Shown: positions 48,610 to 52,306 of the stretch, one piece after another | Layout of the letters: every line of letters begins with the position of its first letter | Numbering within the stretch: position 1 is the first letter of the stretch | NCBI RefSeq assembly: GCF_004010195.1 | Contig: NC_057718.1 | Span: forward strand, 701,893 to 754,198 | Source of the DNA: Chiloscyllium plagiosum | Taxonomy: Eukaryota | DNA length: 52,306 bases | Reading direction: 5' to 3' | Position numbers and translations under genes: made by a program | The notes under the pieces: generated by a model | The model's database searches: none | Seen by the model: the letters and a program-made list of their open reading frames with translations, nothing else | Told to the model about the DNA's origin: nothing

Positions 48610-49700
48610 TCCAGAACAATTCTCGCACAAAAGTTTATAAGCTTTTAGAAGTGTGTAAAAAGGAACAATGGACTAAAGTGAATGTTGGTGCCTTCAAGGA
48701 TGAGACTTGGGGAATTGGTCATGAGGTACATGGAAAGGCAGAGACACTAAATCAATATTTTGCCTCAGTTTTCATGATGAGAGACACTGAAACCACCCCA
48801 ACAGTTAAAGAAAAGGAGGAACTTAAAATTAATCACCACAACTATGGAAACAAAATACTGAGCAAACTATGGGATTGAAGGCAGACAAGTCCCCAGGCCC
48901 TAATGGTCTATAAGTAAAAACAATGACTGCAGATGCTGGAAACCAGGTTCTGGATTAGTGGTGCTGGAAAAGCACAGCAGTTCAGGCAGCATCCGAGGAG
49001 CAGTAAAATCGATGTTTCGGGCAAAAGCCCTTCATCAGGATGCTGAGCACCCATGAGGCATTTCTTGATGAAGGGCTTTTGTCCGAAACGTCGATTTTAC
49101 TGCACCTCGGATGCTGCCTGAACTGCTGTGCTCTTCCAGCATCACTAATCCAGAACCTAATGGTCTATAACCAAGGGTCAGAAAAGAAGTGGCAGCAGGA
49201 ATAATTCATCCATTGCTTATAATACTCCAAGATTCTGCGTATTCTGGAAAGGTTCCAGGAGACTGGAAAATGCGAATATAACATCCTTAGACAAAAAAGG
49301 AGAGAGTAGGCAAGTCGGAAACTGTAGGCTTGTTAGTTTAATGCCTTTCATTTGGAAATTGTTGGAATATTTTATTAAGGAAGTATTAATGTGACACTGG
49401 AAAATCAAAATATAATCCGTCAGAGTCAGTTTGGTTTTGTGAAGGGTAAGTCATGTTTGACTAATTTGCAAGAGCTATGAAGACTTAACAAGCAAAATGG
49501 ACAATGGGATGATGTAGATTTGGTAGATTTGGACTTTAGAAGGCATTGATAAACACATGGGGTTGGAAGTAATATGTTAACTTGGATAGAGGATTAGCTC
49601 ACCAACACAAAACAGAGACTCAAGATAAATGGGTCTTTTTCTGGTTGACAGCCTGTAATTAGTGGGGTGCCAGAGAGTTTGATTGTTGGATGACAAATAA
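48610..49700 (+). mobile_element. CR1 LINE ORF2 fragment
   Basis: AETLNQYFASVF, DKSPGPNG, WKNANITSL and GFVKGKSCLTNL motifs. Confidence 0.85.
48914..49155. mobile_element. Fold-back pair of hammerhead-bearing Penelope termini, 15-bp TSD
   Basis: Arms ~48948-49040 and ~49063-49155. Perfect TSD cctaatggtctataa at 48899-48913 and 49156-49170. Confidence 0.92.
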
Positions 49701-50910
49701 GACCGTAATAAACAGGAACAGAAATAAGCCTTTCAACCCCTCAAACCTGCTCTACCATTCAGGAGGATCATGGCTGATGATGACAATCCTGACATCTCCT
49801 GATCAAGAATCTATCTATTTATCTCTGCCTTAAATATACAGAAAAGCTCTGCCCCTACAACTAGGAATTGCAAAGGCACACCACACAGAGAAGAAATTCC
49901 TCCTCTTCTTAGTCTTAAGGTAGTGCCTTTTTGTTCTGAGACTGTGCCCTCTGGTCTGAGACCCTCCCATGAAGGGAACCATCCTCTCAGCATTGACCCT
50001 GTCAGGCCCCTTTAGAATCCTGCAGGTTTCAATGAGATTACCTCTCATTCTTCAAAAGCCCAGTCAGTAGAGTTCCAGCCTGTTTAACATTTGCTCAGAA
50101 GACAAGCCCTCCACATCGGATCATCCTCGTAAACTTTCTCTGAATTGGATCCAATTAAATGATATATAAGGGGATGAAAACTGCTTGCAGTCCTTTCACT
50201 GTACCTCAGTACATAACAATAATAAATCAAATCAAATATAGTCTTACAGCACCTTGTACAGTTACAGTAAGACTTCCCTACTCATTATCTAACCCCCTTG
50301 AAATAAGCTTTAACATTCCATTAGCCTTCCTGATGGCACTAAACACAGAGGCAACAGGCACAGTATCCCCAAGTCCCTTTGTGCTGCAGCTTCCGTTCTC
50401 CATTTAAAATAAGATTAGATTAGATTACTTACAGTGTGGAAACAGGCCCTTCGGCCCAACAAGTCCACACCGACCCTCCCTAGAGCAACCCACCCAGATC
50501 CATTCCCCTACATTTACCCCTTCACCTAACACTGCGGGCAATTTAGCATGGCCAATTCACCTAACCTGCACATTTTTGGACTGTGGGAGGAAACCGGAGC
50601 ACCCGGAGGAAACCCATGCAGACACGGGAAGAATGTGCAAACTCCACACAGAGAGTCGCCTGAGGCGGGAATTGAATCCGGGTCTCTGGCGCTGTGAGGC
50701 AGCAGTGCTAACCACTGTGCCACTGTGCCGCCCAAAATATATTTTGTTTTCTGTTCCAAAATGAACTTCACATTTTTCCACATGATAGTCCATATTTTTT
50801 TGCCTACTTGACCTATCGATATCTCTGTAGACCCTTTGTATTTCTCTCACATCATGCCTTTCCACTTACTTTTGTGTCATCTGCAAATTTGGTGAGAGTC
50901 TGTTTGTTTT
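49700..50910 (-). mobile_element. CR1 LINE 3' region, interrupted by an HE1 SINE
   Basis: MRGNLIETCRILKGPDRVNAERM (49830-50048). KFADDTK on the reverse strand at ~50872-50890. Confidence 0.83.
50412..50733 (-). mobile_element. HE1-type SINE, full length
   Basis: Reverse complement GGGCGGCACAGTGGCACAGTGGTTAGC...GGATTCAATTCC with an (AATCT)n tail. Confidence 0.94.
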
Positions 50911-50914
50911 CTTC

Positions 50915-51568
50915 ATTCACGATCCAGCAAACCATGGTTGTTGCTGCTGGAAAGCGGATTCGAGGCAGAAATGAGACGTCTGACTAGGGCTGAATTGAGT
51001 AAGAGAACTCATAGGCCATTATCCAGGAGAGTGCACACCCTGGAAAACCCACCTACATCTGGTTTGGAACAGTTACATTGCTTAGCAACAGCCAAACTGG
51101 AACCAATAATAATAAATGTCTGGTTAAATGGTCACCCGGTTCTAATGGACGTTGTTAGCAGCGCGGCTATATCAGTGATTGTGGAACCAAATACCAAAAT
51201 TTGCTCTGGACTCCAATCCTTAAGTTTGTGTAAGACCTTAGCCAGGCTGAGAACCTATACTGGGGAACTGTCTACAGATTCAGGCCACAGCTTCGGTCTG
51301 GTCTGATATGAGAAGCAGCTGGTTCAGTTCCCACTGACCGTGGTGAAAGGCACGAGCCTGATGGAGTGAAATTGGTTGAAGAAGGGCCTGTGCCCGAAAC
51401 GTCGAATCTCCTGTTCCCTGGATGCTGCCTGACCTGCTGTGCTGTTCCAGCAATAAAGTTTCAACTTTGATCTCCAGCATCTGCAGACCTCACTTTCTCC
51501 TCCGTTGAGAAAGATTCACCTTGATTGGCTCAACATTTTTCACTTAGAAAATGACTACCTTAGTGAAG
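50915..51568 (+). mobile_element. Gypsy-type LTR retrotransposon gag/protease fragment (degenerate)
   Basis: PIIINVWLNGHPVLMDVVSSAAISVI (decayed D-T-G aspartic protease motif)...ARLRTYTGE, then WLRKIHLDW after removal of the 51377-51502 insert. Confidence 0.72.
51377..51502 (+). mobile_element. Short hammerhead-bearing Penelope-derived insert
   Basis: Begins tGAAGAAGGGCCTGTGCCCGAAACGTCGAAT. Flanked by gttgaagaag / gttgagaaag (imperfect duplication). Confidence 0.82.
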
Positions 51569-51739
51569 TGTCTAGATTAGTGTGGTGCTGGAAAAGCACA
51601 GCAGATCAGGCATCATCTGAGGAGCAGGAAAATCCCCTCATTCCTGATGAAGGGCTTTTGCCCGAAACGTCGATTTTCCTGCTCCTCGGATGCTGCCTGA
51701 CCTGCTGTGCTTTTCCAGCACCACTCTAATCTCGACTCA
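51569..51739. mobile_element. Fold-back Penelope terminus enclosing an intact hammerhead core
   Basis: Minus arm 51569-51634, then ccctcattcCTGATGAAGGGCTTTTGCCCGAAACGTC (51644-51671), then the plus arm. Confidence 0.87.
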
Positions 51740-51802
51740 ACTAAATGGAATCAATTTAGGTAAAGGGGCAGTACAGAGAGATCTGGGTGTTCTTGTACAC
51801 CA

Positions 51803-52022
51803 GGAGAAAGTGAGGTCTGCAGATGCTGGAGATCAGAGCTGAAAATGTGCTGCTGGAAAAGCGCAGCAGGTCAGGCAACATCCAAGGAACAGGAGAATCG
51901 ACGTTTTGGGCATAAGCCCTTCGTCGATTCTCCTGTTCCTTGGATGGCGCCTGACCAGCTGCGCTTTTCCAGCAACACATTTTCAGCTCTGATCTCCAGC
52001 ATCTGCAGCCCTCACTTTCTCC
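51803..52022. mobile_element. Fold-back Penelope terminus pair (~100-bp arms, ~18-nt loop)
   Basis: ggagaaagtgagg...gaatcgacg (51803-51903) versus cgtcgattc...cctcactttctcc (51922-52022). Confidence 0.9.
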
Positions 52023-52306
52023 ACCTCCGAATACTGTTGAGCAGCAACGGTTTGGTGTGAGAATGCAATGAGCATAAGTTAATAACTTGATGTTAATTGA
52101 CATTCTATCTCAGGAAGACTGTTACAATGGACAGTGTCTGATATTGTAACTTGCCTGTTGACTGAGCGGACCCTGGGAGCTGAACCGTCTCGATAGCAGT
52201 TCGACTGAAACTCAGATCCACTGTCCCACCCGAAACCTTACAGCATTGTCCTGTCAACACCTGTCCAATCCTATCCATCACGTTGAATGGCCTGTATATC
52301 TGTCTG

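Overview
Eukaryotic genomic DNA from a cartilaginous fish (HE1-type SINEs, shark CR1/L2 LINEs and Penelope-like elements; probably a carpet/bamboo shark). It is about 80% retroelement debris by eye. Two host genes lie on the + strand. The first is the last five coding exons of PREB/SEC12 (3564-3688, 12553-12726, 20545-20617, 29979-30138, 39323-39417), separated by TE-filled 7.8-9.4 kb introns. The second, after a 500-N scaffold gap, is the last three exons of EMILIN1 (45095-45130, 45575-45709, 45798-46126). Almost all entries in the ORF track are decayed TE fragments. Most notable observations: (1) many short Penelope-derived inserts that carry a minimal hammerhead-ribozyme core (CUGA[U/A]GA-A-GGGC-loop-GCCC-GAAACGUC). 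They are flanked by 10-15 bp target-site duplications, several begin right at the ribozyme, and several are fold-back palindromes. (2) A 24 x ~41 bp minisatellite whose unit is the CR1 reverse-transcriptase 'SGVPQGSVLG' motif. (3) The 5' part of EMILIN1 is missing across the gap. TE boundaries are estimates by eye and no database searches were run.
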